NCBI GenBank assembly: GCA_001724265.1
Contig: MEDY01000281.1
Span: 1-40,816 of the forward strand
DNA length: 40,816 nucleotides
Source: Rhizaria sp. SCN 62-66
Taxonomy: Eukaryota
Reading direction: 5' to 3'
The notes under the pieces were generated by a model. It searched no databases and had not been told where the DNA came from. It saw only the letters and a program-made list of their open reading frames with translations. The position numbers were made by a program, and so were the translations under genes. Shown here piece by piece: positions 21,601-36,600 of the stretch (position 1 is its first letter; every line of letters starts with the position of its first letter).

Positions 21601-24600
21601 TGCCAGGACTAGCGTCTCACGCACGCGCGCACGCAACGCCAACAGTGCAGCCGCCGAGCCCTCACTGTCCCATACCCACGCGCGCGCACTCTTGCCGTGA
21701 CCGACGTTGTGCTTTGTGACCGAGAAGCCGATAACCGCGTTGTCTTTGTGCTGCAAGTCCGCGCTCGAGACAGAGGCAGCGCCACGCAGCCAGAGATGTT
21801 CGTCACCGGCGGCCGCGATAGTACAAAGCAACGCTCGCGCGACACACATGTTCTCATTTGCGACACCATCACAGCTGCTGTTGACAATGCTAGCAATAGC
21901 CGCGCGGGGCGCACTAATCAACAGCGCAGCGGCGACGAGCTCTGCAATCGCGACCGCAACAGCGGCCGGCACCCACATTTGCTCTGTAGCACTGCTGTTG
22001 TCGCACTCACTGCCAATGTCGCGGGCGTGCGCGGGGGAAACGGCGTGCCGCAATAGCTGTAGGAGCCAGAGAACGTGGTGACGAGAACGGCCCAGCTCGC
22101 AGCGCACGCAGGCCAGCGCGCGCGCTGCTGCAACAGCGGCAACCGTGAGCTCAGACCTGACGCGCTCGCCAGCCGCGACTCGTAGTCGCCACTGACGCCG
22201 CAGCACAGCCCTCACTTCAGCTGCAGCGCCAGCCTTATGTTGTAGCTGCTGCTGTTGCTGGACAGAGGAAGGCCGCGGCGAAAAGGACGGGGGCGACAAC
22301 GGAGGAGAGCTTCGGTGCGACCGGTGGCTCTGTGTGGGCGACAGAGACAGCGACATCGCTGGTGACATCGGTCCTGCGCCCGTGCCGACGCTAGTGTGCG
22401 CGGCGGGAACTTGCTCCCACCAGCGCGATAGGTCAAAGAGCAGTTCGGCTTCTACCTTGCGGCGGTCTGCCAACTGTGCAACAGTGCCAAACGGCGCGAT
22501 ACGGTCTGCGAGTGCAAACGGAATTGTCTCGTCAAAGTTGTTCCGCCAGCCGTCAAACGTCACGCGCACAGCGGCCGCGTGTACCGACACCACACGAGCA
22601 AAGAACCACTTGCCGTGCAAATCACGCGCGTCAACAAGATGGCCCGGACGCAGACTGCGCAAAAACCGGCGCTGCGCTGTTGGAGACATGAGCGCACGCG
22701 CAGAGGCGACGGAGCGTGGGGACAAAGGGGTCGGAAACGGATGCGACTGTTGCAAGTTGCTGTTGAGCGGCTGTTGTTGCTGAGTCTGTTGGCGTGTTGC
22801 TTCTGAGTGTTGGCGCGGGCGTTGGCGGGACCGCAGCCTTGCATACGGCGAGCGCGGGCGACGCCATGAGCGCTCGCTATCGTTGTCGCCGTCGCCGTCA
22901 CTTTCAATGCCAACCCGGTCGTCAAGCGGTGTCTCGTCATCACTGCTGCCAAAGCTACTGAAGCTGCCGACGCTGTACATGCGTGAGAGCGCGGTCAAAG
23001 CATCTACTTGCTCGATGTTAACGCTGGCTTCTACATCACCGCTCACATGTTTTGCGTACGCAGGCCCGGCTTGAACACACCGTGGGAACAAAGGTGCTAG
23101 TGCTGCAGTGCTTTCGCCTTGAACCTGGCCACGAGCAAGCGCGTCCTGCGAGGCGCAGACACGTGCAATGTCGGCTGTGTTGTAGATGGCCGACACAAGC
23201 GCCGACCAGCGCGCCGCGGCGGTGGGCGGAAGTGGCGGCAAGGCATTTGGATGTGGCGGTGCAGCAGCAGAGAGCACTGACGCGTCAAAAATTGAGGACT
23301 TTGTGGCCAAAACCGTTGGCGTCACCGCAGTACCCCCCTGAGGCGTCTGCGACACTGTTGGCCAGAGGGCGAAAGCACTGCCGTTGGCTCCGCGTTTGCT
23401 CACGGGCGGCATCCCGGCACTGTGTGGGTGCGGATGCGGTTGCTGCTGCGTCATGGCTGTTGCAGCAACGGCTAACGCGCCCCCAGCTGTTGAAGAGTCT
23501 TGCCTGCCACTCCCGGGAATCACAACAGCATGAGTCGGCAATAGCGGTACAGCCACAGCGTACGACATTCCCTTGCCGACAACAGTTACATTCTCAATGC
23601 CATCAGCGTCATCCAGTCCCGCAACTGTCGTTGTGGTTGGCACTGCTGCATGCGCAGCGGCAGCGGGTCCTGGCAGCGTCAGCACGCTTGCTTCGCGGTC
23701 CCACACGTGGCTCGGCACAAGTGGCGTCTTTGCTGCAGAGCCCGCAGAGCCAGTGCTTGCAGCCTGGCCTGCGCCCGCGCTTGTGCTTGGTGAAAGCAGA
23801 CCAAGGCCGCGCGCCACAGCCCAGGCTGAGGGGGTTCCTGGTCCGGCGGGCGTGCGTGGCGGCCACTGAAACGCGCCGCCGCGGTGCGCTGCTCCGCTGC
23901 CAGTACCAGTGCCAGCGCCAGTGCCAAGTGCGCTGGGACGGCGGCCAAAAACGCCCGCGGTTAAGCCAGTGCCGTTACGGTGTGCGTGGCCGCCAAACGC
24001 GCTGTTTGCTGGACTTGCTTGTAGTAAAGACGCGGAAGAGGGAGCGGAAGGTGTGGCTAGCGGGACGACACCAAATACAGGCGAGGCAAGCGGCGACGCT
24101 AAGGCAGCCGGGTGATCAGCGCCCAATCCTGTTCCAACTCCGGGCGCAAAGGTGACGCGGGGACCTGTTGCAATTGAGCCTGTTAGCAAAGCCAGTGGCG
24201 CTGCCGGCGCGTGGGTGCTGTCTGCAAGCGGTGACGCCATTGAGATGGACCCGTCGCTGTCTTCTCCGTTTGCGTTTGTACTTGCGCTGTCAGTCATCAG
24301 CGGCTGCAAGCGTGTTGCGCTGCTACTGTGACCTCCAAAGGCAAAAAAGCCTGCGCTGACGGTGGCTTCACGCGCGCGCACTCGCGGCCGGGCGCGCACA
24401 GCATCAACACCACCCGTTGTAGTCACAGTTGGGGAAACAGCACCAGCCAGCGTTGCAGCAGTTAGCGGCCGCGGAGTCCACAGCGCAAATCCTTCGTTGC
24501 TTCCGTTAGCACCATAACTCACTGCGCTAAGACTGTCGCTAAGAAAGCCGTGCGTGTCGTCTTCACTTGTAAAAGCAAGCGCATTTGCAGCAGCCTGTGC

Positions 24601-27600
24601 TGCTGCAAGCTCACCAGAGCTTTCATCGCTGCCAAAAACGCCAGCAGTTGCCGAAGTTGCTGCGGTCCGTGGAGTTGGATGCATATGAGTCTGCGCTTGC
24701 ACTTGAGCACGGATACGCGCCCGGGCCGCCGCATCCGCCCCAACTGACAGCGGTGGCGCCATCACCAGACGCGCGCGGGCCGACAGCAACGCTGCACCGG
24801 GAGCGGTGGCTGTGGCCGGCGTCGGTGCAGTTGTCGCAGTGTCCGGCTCACCGCCGTGCATAAGAGCGAATATATGCGAATACAAGCCGACTTGCGTAAC
24901 AAGCATTGATAAGGCTGGCGCACGCGGAGGCGTGGCGCGCGGCCGCGGCATGGGGGCCAGAGGGCCAAACACCGAGGCCAACGCAGCAATAAGTGCAGTG
25001 ATGGGCGGTTGCCTTGATGCAACCACGATTGCGCCAGCGTTTGGGCTTACAATCGGAGACGCAAAGGCCGCAATTATGGCACTCTGCCCAGGGCTTGGTT
25101 CGCTGGCTCCAACTTCGTCTATAGGGCTGGCGCCTTGACTTTCGCGTTCGAAGTCAGCGACGCTTAGGTTGTCGGCAGCTTGGCTTTGAGGCCCGTCTAA
25201 CATCGGCTGACTAGCATTCATTGTCAATGTAAGCGCAAGCGGCCGCATCAGCTCCTTGCGCGCTGTAAAGGGCATTACAGAGCCCCTCCACGTCCCAACC
25301 CCACTGATGCCTGAACTCGAGCTTGCGCCAAGGCTGGTGTTCGCTGCACGCTGCGAGGCGATTGCGGCGGCCGTGTCAGTTAAAGCCGTGTATGTTTGCT
25401 GCATCTCAGCAGCCCACAGCGCCAACGCGCGGGCTGGGACCAGCGCATCAGCCCCTGCGCTTGCAATTAACGCGGCGGCCACGGCACCAAGCCCGCGACA
25501 CTGTCCTGTTGCCGCTGCTGCGTCAGTAAGCGCGGCAGCGGCGCGGTCCATTGCAGCAAGTTCCAATGCGCAGCGGTCAAGAGCGCTGCGGGGCATTACA
25601 GGCAGCTGCGCCAGCCATACCCGCAACGCGTGCCGCACGCCGCTCTCAACAGCGGTGCGGCGCAATCCGCCGCCCCAAAGACCGCAAACCGCAGCCCCGA
25701 GCGCATGCACGCTTGCGTCGTTCGATAAAGCCACAGGAAAAACACGCGCGGCCCAATGAGCGGTAACAAAAGAGTCGGCGCACGCAGGGGCCGTCCGCGC
25801 CACTGTGCGCGCCTGCTGCCTTATCGAGACTACTCCAGCGCGTGCGTGCGCGATAGCCTCTGCAGCGCCGGCCGTGGCAGCCCTTGTAAGCACAGTCTGT
25901 GCGGACAAACAGGACGCACCATAGCGCAGCGTACGCCGCAGCCAGAGCCCGCGCAGCGTCTCACCAGTGCCAGAACTAGAAGCAGACGGAGGCGCAGCGT
26001 CAGGTGCGGCTAATGAAGTTGCGCGCGGACGAACCCAGTCGCCCGTTGGCGCCGCGGCCAGCGCCGCTGTGGCAAGCGGGGAGAGCAGCTGCGCCGCCGC
26101 GTGTGCTGTAAAAACCGCAGCAGCGGCGGCCACGCTCGGCGCAGTGGTGTTAGGACGCAACAACAGCGGAGGCGCAGCAAGGGCACCGGCTAGCGAGCCA
26201 AGCACGCGCGAGCGCACGCGCGCTGTGACTGTCAGGTGACGCAGTGCGCGCAGCAGTGCGCGGCGGCCAAGGCTAACGTCCGCGCAGGCAAAATCAGATA
26301 ACCAGCGCCACGATAATGACATGACGCCAGCACCAGAAGTGGGGCCGCGCAAAAAGACAGTTGCCGTTAGGGTAGGGCCAAAAAAAGGAATTCCGCGCGG
26401 TGGCACAACAAACACGGGCGCAAAGGCAAATGTAGGCAGACTGCTTTCCGGCTGGTGATGATGATCAGCGTTGTTAGCATTAAGAGTTGCAAGGACTCCG
26501 CTGTTGCGCCGGCGCCGGTTTGCGTTGAGACACAAGTAGCAGCACCTTGGGCAGTGTTTTTGCGCCGCTTCGTGACTGCTAACATCGCCTAAAACTGGAG
26601 CTGCGCATGGATCGCTGTCAGCAGTCTTGTTTGCAGGAGAGCTTGACTTTGATGGCTCAGGTGTGTGTGCTGTACCACGCAGTCCAAGAGCCGGAACAAC
26701 AAGATCTTCAACCACAATTACTGGAGCTGCGAGCAAAGAACGCTGTTTTTGCAGCAGTGGCGCCAGCGACAAAGACCGCGAACGCGAGCGCGAACGGGAT
26801 GTGTCGGCAGTGACTCCAAGCTTATCCCCCAAATCTGCTGTGGCAGCGGCGGCGCGGTGACCGTGGATCGTGGTGCGCTGCTGGGGCGCAAAACCAGCAC
26901 GCACAAAGTCACACCGCCGTGCCCACCGTCGTAGCGTTGCTTGCAGCGCGAGCGACGGGACAAACAGTCCTTCGTCGGGAGTTTCACTTTCACTCTCGTT
27001 GTGATTGCTGTTCGGAGCGCTTTGCGGTCGCAGTTTTAGCGCCACTGCGAGTGCGCCGGCCGCGTCAGTGTTTGGAGCTGGTTGCACATACCCCGCGTCA
27101 ACTGGCAGCAGCGGCAACACCGCTTTGACTTCGCTCGCAGGCATGCTATTCGATATCGAACTCGAGCTGGATCTTGCATTAACGGGCTTTGTTTCAGCAG
27201 CGACCCACTGTACAAGCGAAGCGTAGCGTGCGAAGTCTAGGCGTAGCAGTGCCAGGGCTGGCTGACGCACCCCGTCAAACGCCGCGCGCGCTAGCCGCAA
27301 GAGCCATGAGGGCAGCAGCGGCGCCGCAGTAAGCCGCGCGCGTGTGCGCAGGTGCTGTGCCAAAAGAGCGTGCGCGTCACCAGAATGCGCAAACGCAGCG
27401 AATAGTTCAAGCAGACTTTCAGCACCACTTGCGGTTGCCGCTGCTGTTTCAGCTGCGGCGTCAATCGCGCCGTCCGCGTCTGCGTTTGCACAGCAGCACC
27501 AATGTGCGCTCTCAAGCGCCACCCGCGTTACAGCTGCCTTCGCCTGGGCGGACGCAGAGCGCGCATTGCTCAAAGACATTTCGTTTGCTAAAAGCGCTGC

Positions 27601-30600
27601 GACAAAGCGCTTTTCTACTTCAAACACGCTACTCATGTCGAAGGCACCGGCGCCGCCACCAAACTCGCGCAAGCACTGAGCGATAATAGTAGCAACAGTT
27701 TCAGCAGGTGACAGTACCATTGGTAGCTGTGGTAGAGCGGCAAGCGCGGGGGGCGCAGTTGTAGACGTGCTTCGCGACTGTGGATGCAGCGGTGGCAGCA
27801 CACCCAGTGCGCCACACAGTGTTAATGCCGACGCAGTCGCAGAACTACTACTCGCACTTGCTGAGGCTAAGAACGCGGGGCTTTGACTGTGGGCGCTGAG
27901 TGCTTCTATCCACTGAGTGCGCGCAAGTTCCGTAATACTTGCTATGCGCGTGCGCATCTCGGCCGCTGCTGCAGAGGTTGCGGGCAAATTCGACGGAAGT
28001 ACCAGCGCGTTACGCAGAGTGTCCAGGATACCCGGCCGATATGGCACCGCAACAAAGTCGCGAACAAACGCCAGCTGTGCAGCCTCGCGTTCCCATTGTA
28101 AGCAACAGCTACTGTTGTTCTTGTTGAGTGAACCCGTTTTTGCCGCTGCCGAGGCTGCGGCGTCCATGTAGCGGCGACGGCGCGCGTCAAGCGCCAGCGT
28201 GCGCGCTGCAGTGGCAAGCATGCGGCGCAGTAGTGCGGCGCCAACTTCCGGCCGCGCTGGCGGAAGCAGTGGCGCGGGCGGCGGCGGTAGCGCTAGCGCA
28301 GGCAACAGCGCAGTTGCAACCGCTTCAGTAACAGTCGAACCTGACAGGCTACTCTTGCTACGAATGGGTGTGCGCGCAAGGCATGCTGATAGCCTTTGCG
28401 CAGGAAACGCGGCACGTTTACGGTACAGCAGTAAGACAATCGCTTTATACGCGCGGTGAAGCGCAGGCGGAGTTGAGTTTGGCGGCATTAGCGTCTGTGG
28501 CGGCGGCAGCAGCGGAATCTCACGAAGACTCGGAGTGCGTGGGACGGCCAGCGTCAACGAGGACACAAGTGCGGCTGGACTTGGTGCTACCGGCGCAGCG
28601 TATGCACGTTCATACAGCGCTCCCACGCTATTGTCTCCCGCGCTGCCGTTGGTGCCCATGCCATTGTCCGTGTCAGTTTCATCACGGCCCAACCCACCTT
28701 CACCGTCTGAGAGCGCATAGCCCACGCCTTCAGCAAACAGCGGCAGCTGCGACAGCGCCGCTGTGCTTGCTGCACCAGCTGCTGCGTTTGCAGCTCCACG
28801 CGCTGCATATGCGTTTAATAGCGCCGCAACTGCAGTGGTGTTGCCTGAGTCGATCGCGCGATCGTGACTCTTGCTTGGGGCGCTAACAACAGCTGCCGGA
28901 TTGCAGCCGGCTTCAAACAGCGCAAGCGGTGCAGCTGCAACAAGTGCGGCCATGCTGTTCTGGCGCAGCGCAGTAAGCGTGACAAGAGGCAATCCAGCAA
29001 GCCAGGGTAGAAGAGCCGCGGCTGTGCTTGGAGACTGCTGAATAACACCGCATGAGCTCCTCAGCACTGCCTGCGCTGCAGTCTCCCCGGGTGCCGCGTT
29101 CACACTGTCACCCCCGTTGTCGGACATTGCCAACGTGGTAGACATCGCTTCAACACCTGCAGCCGCGGTGGCGAGCTCTGCAGCGCTGACAATAATGTCG
29201 CCAAGCAGGCCACCACCAAGCGCACGCAGTGATGCGCGCGTGGAGCCGACCGCTGCTGTACCGACACCGGCCAGCGCGACCGCGGCACGCGCACGGGCAG
29301 TTGCCACAGCAAGAGTCTCGCACGCACTCGAGATTACAGCACCAGTTGCGCCATCTGAAGGCGAGAGCAGCAAGCGGAGTGCAGCAGCCTGTCCGGCGCT
29401 AAATGCGCGCGCTGTTGCCTGCTGTGCGGCTACTGTTAGCAACGCAAGCTCTCGCGCTGCGCGCGCGGCACCGTGCCCTGACAAGGTCTCAACAAGAGCG
29501 CATTCAATGGACGGCAACACGCTTGATAATGCTAATAGTGCGTTAGCCGTTGGCGCGGTAATCTGTGCGCGCGGAATGCCCGATGCGTGAGCGTATGGCG
29601 GTGCCGCATCGACGCTGTTACCTGCTGACGTTAGCAGCACGGAGGCAACTGTCGCTACACCGCCGCTAAGTGTCGCTGCACGCTGAATCCGCGCCTCCGC
29701 AAGCAGAGGCACACGGTCCAAGCCCCGGGCCGTCGCGCGCGCTGCGTCAGTTAACGGCGCCCACAGCAGCCCGGCGCCGCGCTCCGCATCAACGAGCGGA
29801 AGTGCAAGCGCGCGTGCGTCAGGGTCAAACGAGAGGAATCCGCTGACTCCGCTCCCGGTCAGCCCGCTGCTTCCACCCAGGGGAGCTGCCGCGACAACTA
29901 ATGCCGACGCGCTCGCGCCTCCGTGGCGAGTGGTGGCAGCGTTATGCGGAGTGTTTGAACACGTCAAGGGCTTCCTTATCATTGTCCACGCAGTTTGAAA
30001 AGAGGTTGTCAGATTTGCGGGATAAATCATCAGCGGCGCAAGTGCATATGCCGCGGGGTCTTGATCCGCGCACGGTGTGGCGCCAAACATAACGCCGCCG
30101 CGCGCGCCAGCCGCCGGTCCGCACACGCGCTCCGGCCAGGCCCTGTTGCGCGAGACCGTCACTTCCCCTTGCTCGTCGACGGTTTCCGGCGACGGCGGCC
30201 GCAACGCCCCGCACGCGCGCGCAACAGCGGTGGCAACCGGCGGCAATACCCGCGCAAACCGCGCGCGCGCAAGCGTGGAGTGCGCGGACAGCAGCGGCAC
30301 AACACAGTCGGCGGGGACAGACACACCCAGGTCGCCGTCCTGAAACGTGACTTGATAGCTGCCGTCGGCGTTGACTGCGCGCACAATTGCGGGGTAGAAA
30401 CTGCCGCTATTCCACCGTGCGCGGACCTCGGTACCTGCGCGGTTCGGCGGCGCACTGGCGCTTGAGCCCGTGCAAGCCCCGGCGCTAGAGCCAGCGACAG
30501 CGCTGAGGGGCGGATGCAACGAGTGCGGCAGCGCAAGCGCGGTTTGGGGATCGCCAGGGCCCGCTGCCGCAGCGGCCGTGCGCACGGGCACCGCGGTAGC

Positions 30601-33600
30601 GGCGGCGGCAAAAGGGAGCGGCGCAAGCGAGGGCTGCGTGGCAACAGCGAATATGGCCGTGTCAGTTGGCAGCACAAGTCGGGCCAGGGTCAGCATTGTG
30701 TGGTTGCAAAGCGCCGCGGCAGCAACCGCCGCGGGCCCCGGACGCGCAGCCAGCGTCACAAGCGCCAACGCGCTAGCGGCTGCTGCTGACCCGTGCGGAT
30801 GTGTCGCCGATACCTTAGCCAAGACTGACGGCGCGGCAAGCAGCGGCACGGTGGCCGCAAGACCTGCGCGACTGCCACAGCCCAACAACAACAGCGGCAG
30901 CGGTAGCGGTAACGTGCTGACTGTACCGGTGGCGCCGGCCACTGGTGGTTGCGGCCAACCGGCAGCGGCGCGTGGCAGCAGAAGCTCTGCGGGCGAGACG
31001 GCGAGCCGCGCAGAGGAAGCGCCCCACGGCCACCACGTTGCACCCACTGTGTGATCGCTGTTACTGTCGAGCACACCGGGTTGGTACGCGAGACGTGGTG
31101 CAACAGAAACGCCGGGAAGCCGATGCGTTGCTGTGGGATCGGCCGCAGTGGGCGCAAGACCGGTACCCCATGCAGCGGCGCCAAGCCCGAGCAGCACCAG
31201 CTCAGCCTGCTCTTTTGCGTTGCTCAGAGTCGTGCTATTACCGTTATTCACAGAAGCTGCAGCAATGCGAGCAAGAGATGTTGTTGCAAGCGCACGCTGG
31301 CTTTGTGAAGGATAGAGTAGTGGAAACGCAGCAATAAAAGCACTGCGGAGCGCGAACTTTATAGCACTGGCTGCCGGAAGTGACATAAACCACGGTAAAG
31401 CGGGATTATCCGATGTAGTTGTTGCCGCTGCTGTGTCGTTTTGCTGGGCAGCTTGTGAAAACAAAGCAGTTTCACATGCAAAGCGCCACTCAAGCACTGC
31501 GCGCTGAGCCGGTGACAACGCGACGCATCGTGCCGGTTCCGCTATTGAGGCACGCCCCTTGGAAATGTTGTGAGCCTTAGTCTGCAAAGTCGCACTTTTC
31601 GCAGCTGTTGTTTCGCTTACGGATTGAACACGCGCACGTGAACATGCAGCAGCAAAGGCAGTGACCTCAGCAGCTAGTGCGTTAGGAGCTGCCGCAAGCG
31701 CAATTAACAAACGCGCACTAATCTCGACCGCAGCTGCAATGACTCGCTCGCTGACTGTGGCAACGGCACAGTCGTGCGCAAGGGCAGCAGTTACGCGTGT
31801 CAGGGCGTGAGCCAGGCCAAGGTTTGTAGTCGTATTATGGCTGCTTAAGCAACACAGTGCAGACATGCAGGCGGAGTCATCTTTACGACTTGCATTGAAC
31901 GCGGAAAAGACTCCTGCGTTTTTAGCGCCAACAAAAGGTCGGATTGCTGGCGCGAGCTGGGTACATGTGAGCGTAAGCGCAGCGCGAGAACTCACTTGCC
32001 ACAGCTCACGGTCGCTCCACAGCCCGCTATTACCGCTGCATGTTAGCACAATCGCCGCGGTGGACGCTGAGCACAGTGCGGTGGGCACAACGCCGCGCAA
32101 CACGCCTGTGGCTGCGTCCCAGTACACGCGCACGGATGCAGGACGACTGTAGGCGTTTTGCACAGTGGCAACAGCGGTGTCGACAACGACATCCATGAGA
32201 GGCAGCGGCGTGTGCGACAAAGGATCTACAACAAGCGCAGTCTTTGCCCCGTTTGTTTCACAGCCATTCAAATTGCCACTCGTGCACATTTGGTTGGGAA
32301 ATGGCGTTACCACATTGTGGGCGGCAGTAGTGCAAAGTGTTGCGCTTACCGTTGCTGTGGCGGCGTCAAATGCCCACATTGATAGCGACTGCGAGAGAGC
32401 ATTGTGCAGCACAACCGCCGTTTGCGCGGAGTCAACCAATGAAGTACCAACATTGGTGTCGATCAGCGCAAGAATATCCTCATTGTCAACATTGTTGAAG
32501 CAGGAGCGCTTAGGTTTTGCAAGGCCAAGGACAAAGACACAAGGTTCGCATACAACGGTTGGATGGCTGTCACAATGAGAACACTTGCAAGAATACATCT
32601 CGATTTGGTTGCTACTTTTGCTCGTATTGGCGTTGGTAACGTTTGCGTTATTTGTCCCACAAACTGCGCAAATGTCGACTGTTTTGATGGTTTGAAGCCG
32701 TTCCTGTGTTTTTTTGCGTTGTAGAATTGTTGACATGACTGTGGCAATGGCACGCGCAACAGGGCAGCTTGTGACAGTGCTGCGAGCAATAGCGTCGATA
32801 GCACAGAGGCCGCTGAGGCCTGCCAACTCAAATAACGCAGGCGCTGCAAGAGAAACTGCAGCAGGCAAAGATGACTGCAAAGCGTGCGGCACCAAGCCAG
32901 ATTTTGCGCCAATAGCGACGCTTTGAAGCTGCAGACTGCTGTCTGAGCCGCTTCCCACTACTGCAAACAGCGCGCTGCGCGCTTTGTCGTAGAGCAATGG
33001 CGCCACAGAGAACTTTGCGTTTGTCTTGACGCGGACTCGCTCCCACTCGCCCTCGCCTTTGCTTACTGTCGCAGCCACACAGGCTGCTAGTAAGCTTGCA
33101 AACACCCCGAAGCCTGTTGTGGCAGCCGCTGCAGTGCCAACCATAGTGGTTGAGGCTGTAACTAATGTCCCACGCAGTAACACCGAGGTCGGCCTCTGCT
33201 GCTGCTGGGGTTGCGACGCAGACGGTGACAGCCACGCGTTGCGCTGCTACTGACTGTTACTCAAGCGTGCCCAAAGCGCGCCGCGAGCGGCAAGAAACTC
33301 GCAGACGCGGTCACCAATGGATACCGCAACGGGAGCGCCGAAACCGCGCCGGGCCGAGTCACCAGCCCCCGCCAGCGTCGCGACTGCTCCGGCCAGTGCG
33401 CTGCTGATATTCTCAGGGCTGAGGCTTGCATTAAGAGCGGCGACAGCCGCTGCCGCGGTGGCCACAGAGGCTGCGGCAACGCCAGCGCGTGCAAGTGCAA
33501 GAACTGATGTGGCAACTGCGCGTGCAGGAAGACCAAAGTCCCCGATACAGAATGCGGGTATTGGTTCGGTACGTCCACTTAAGCCCGCGTTGTGAGGCAG

Positions 33601-36600
33601 CGTAACTGTCAGAGGCAGCGGTTGCAACGTATGTGCGTCATAAACAACACAGTTCCCTGGCGCTAGCGGAGATGTCACGACGAGAAACGACTCCAACGCC
33701 TCTGAAGAGGGGACAAAAGCAACACTTGCGCCAGGCAGAAATGCAAGCACCGCCGCCGCCGCGTTGCTCGCATACACGCGTCCACCCACCGTCGCTGAAA
33801 TAAAGCTGCTCGACTCGCTGTTATGCCCACTGCCGACGTGCGCGCTAGGAGCAGTGCTCGAGCCGCTGCGTACGGAGGCGCGACCGGTGCCAATTCGCTC
33901 GAGGCCGCGCTGTGGCGAGAGCAAGAACACCCAGTGCCCGCAGTCACTCGCGGCGATTGCGACTGTGCCGGCGTCGTCGCCGCGACTGTTATCACCGCCA
34001 AGATCAGTATACTCGTTATAATGATCTTTCATATAACCTTCATCGTAGTCGTCATGGTCAATGCTGCTATACCCTCCAACTAAGCTGTTGCTGCTGGCGG
34101 GACTGGATGCAGTTCCAGCAAGGTGCAAGGCCACAATTGCCTCTGACACTTTAGCGCTTACATTGTTGCTTGAGTGTGAGAGCGCCGTTGTGGGGAGTGG
34201 ATTGAGCGCATTATAAACTGATGAAGCAAGCGCGGTTGCTTCTGCAACGGCCGCTGCGCTGTTTGCGCGGTTGTTATTAGTGCCGGTCACCACAGACTCA
34301 GCCGTAGTTGCCGGTCGCACTGTATTCAAAAGACTCGAGTACCGCGCCCATAAGCCAGCGGCCTCGCCTGAAGTTAAGCCGCCATCAGCAACTGCGCGCG
34401 CATTGGACACGGTTGCCGCCGCAGTTGCAGCGGCGCGCGCGGCGGGCGTATGGAATTGCACTGCGCGGGCTGCGGCTAGCAATAGATCGCGGTACAGCGG
34501 TGTTGTTGTTATTGCGGGCGACAAAAGCGCAGTCGCAAGGGCACACGGGAGCTGCGTTGTTCCTACATGACTCAGCTTTGCATTTGCAGTAGCGCCGCTT
34601 GTGCTGTTGCTTGCAATGTCATTCGCAGCAATGGCGTCAATGCAGGCAAGTAAGCACACGCCGACATCTCCGTGTGTGACGTCGCTCACGGCCGTGCCAA
34701 TTTGCTGCGACTGGGGCGGCGGCGCGCGCGGCGCTGGCAGCTGCGCCTTCGCGCCCACGGCCCCCGCGCAGCCCTCCGCAGGCACGCTTGGCCGGACATT
34801 CACGCCGGCGGTGCCGCCAGGACTTGAATCAGCGTCCGCCACTGCCACAACTGCGGCCGGAGCAACCGTTAGCGCGACGACGGCTGTCGGGGTTGGCAGC
34901 AAAACCCAGTGACGACTTGCCGCTTCGCACTGCGCTGTGTTGCTTGCTGCAGCCGTTCCAGTTGGCATTGCGCTCACGTGCGGCGGGCTCAACCAGACAT
35001 CGCTCGCATCGCTGCCATTATCGCCGTCCTCATGCGAGGCGCCTGCATCGCGCTCGCACCAGTCGCTGTCATCGCCGAGGTCTGCTTGGTTTGAGCTGCT
35101 CTTGTCCATAGTCATGCCTTGCTGCGAAGACAACGCGGTTGCGCCCGCGCCGGCGCTGGCCTTGTTGTTGCGGCCTATGTTCCGCCAGCGATCGCCACCA
35201 GGCAGCGGCTGCGACAGGGGCAGGCGGCCGCTGCTTTTAAGTCCAGTGGCGTCTTCTTCTTCTTCCTCCTCTCCATCCTCTCCGTAGCTGCTTAGTTGTG
35301 AAACTGGCGCGCGCGTGGGCACACATTGCGGCGCGGGCGGTGTCATGTAAAGCTCGTCACCCGGCGTTAGACTGCAAGGTGGACTGGCAACAGGGACGTC
35401 CGCAGTGTTCGTTGCTGACGCTGCTGTTGCGCTTTGCCTTAAAGCATCCGGGGAGCCGCGGGGACGCTTTTTGCGCACACTGCCGCTCGTGTCAGACATG
35501 GCCTCGGCACTGGCACTCCCAGTCGCAATACTGCTTGCGCTAGCGGCTGCTCTTGCGTCCGCAGAGGCAATATCACTGCAGCTGTAGATGATAGGACCTG
35601 TGTCGCGAAGCCACGCGGATGGCAGCGCGCCTAAGAATGCGTGTGATTCCGCGAGATCACGACGCGCAGCACTGTCATAACCAGCGAGAGCACTAACGTG
35701 GACGCTGTCATTCCAGTTTAAGAGCAGCCGGTCAGGGTTATCCTTGCCCGCAGCTGCAACCGCGAGTAAAGCGCTTGCAAACGTACTGGCACCCGCCGCA
35801 GTCACAAAGTCGCAGCGAGAGTCGTCGACAAAAGCGCCGCCCTCTGGGGTTGTGCGTTTGATATAATAGCGCGATTCCGGGACTTTTGCACCCGCGTGCG
35901 ATGATTTTGGGTGCAGTTTTAAAAATGGCGCCAGAGATTGCTTGACATAGGCAGTCTCCGCCCTCTTCGCAGCGGTTTCATTACTGTTACCGACAACCTC
36001 CACACTAAGGGCTGCGTCAAAGTAGCTCGAGCAGACAGTGCTGTTAGCCAAGTTCCACGCCGGAATGTCCGTTGCACCGCCGACAGCGGCGGCCTTCAGC
36101 GCCAGCGCCGCATGCGCGCGCGCCGCGGTCCGCGCTACTGCCGCGGTCAGCGCCAGCTCCGGCTCATCACCCTCGCTGCTGTTGCTGCTGTTGTTGTTGC
36201 TGCACGGCATGCTCTTGCGCAAGTCTGCTTGTGCGGCTGCAACGCCCAGCACTGACGCTGCACGTGCCTCACCATCGCTGCTATGGAGACTATTGAGACT
36301 CTTGCCCGTAACGTCAGGAGTGCTCTGTCCACTGGCGGTCGCAGAACGGCTCGAAACAGCGCGTCCTTGCGGACATTGCGGCCTGTGTGCCGGCGCGCGC
36401 GATGACAGCGGCCACAGCTGCGGCGCGGGGTCGTCGCGACACGTGCACTCGGACCAGGCAGCCTGAAGCGTTTGTGTTAAGTTGTCGCACTTTCCCGAGT
36501 CTAAGTCACCGTCACCATCTATTGCAGCTGCCGCTCGAGACTCAGCGGCGGAGTCCGCAACTGCCTCCGTCTCGGCCTCAGCGTCGGCGCTGCCCCAGCC

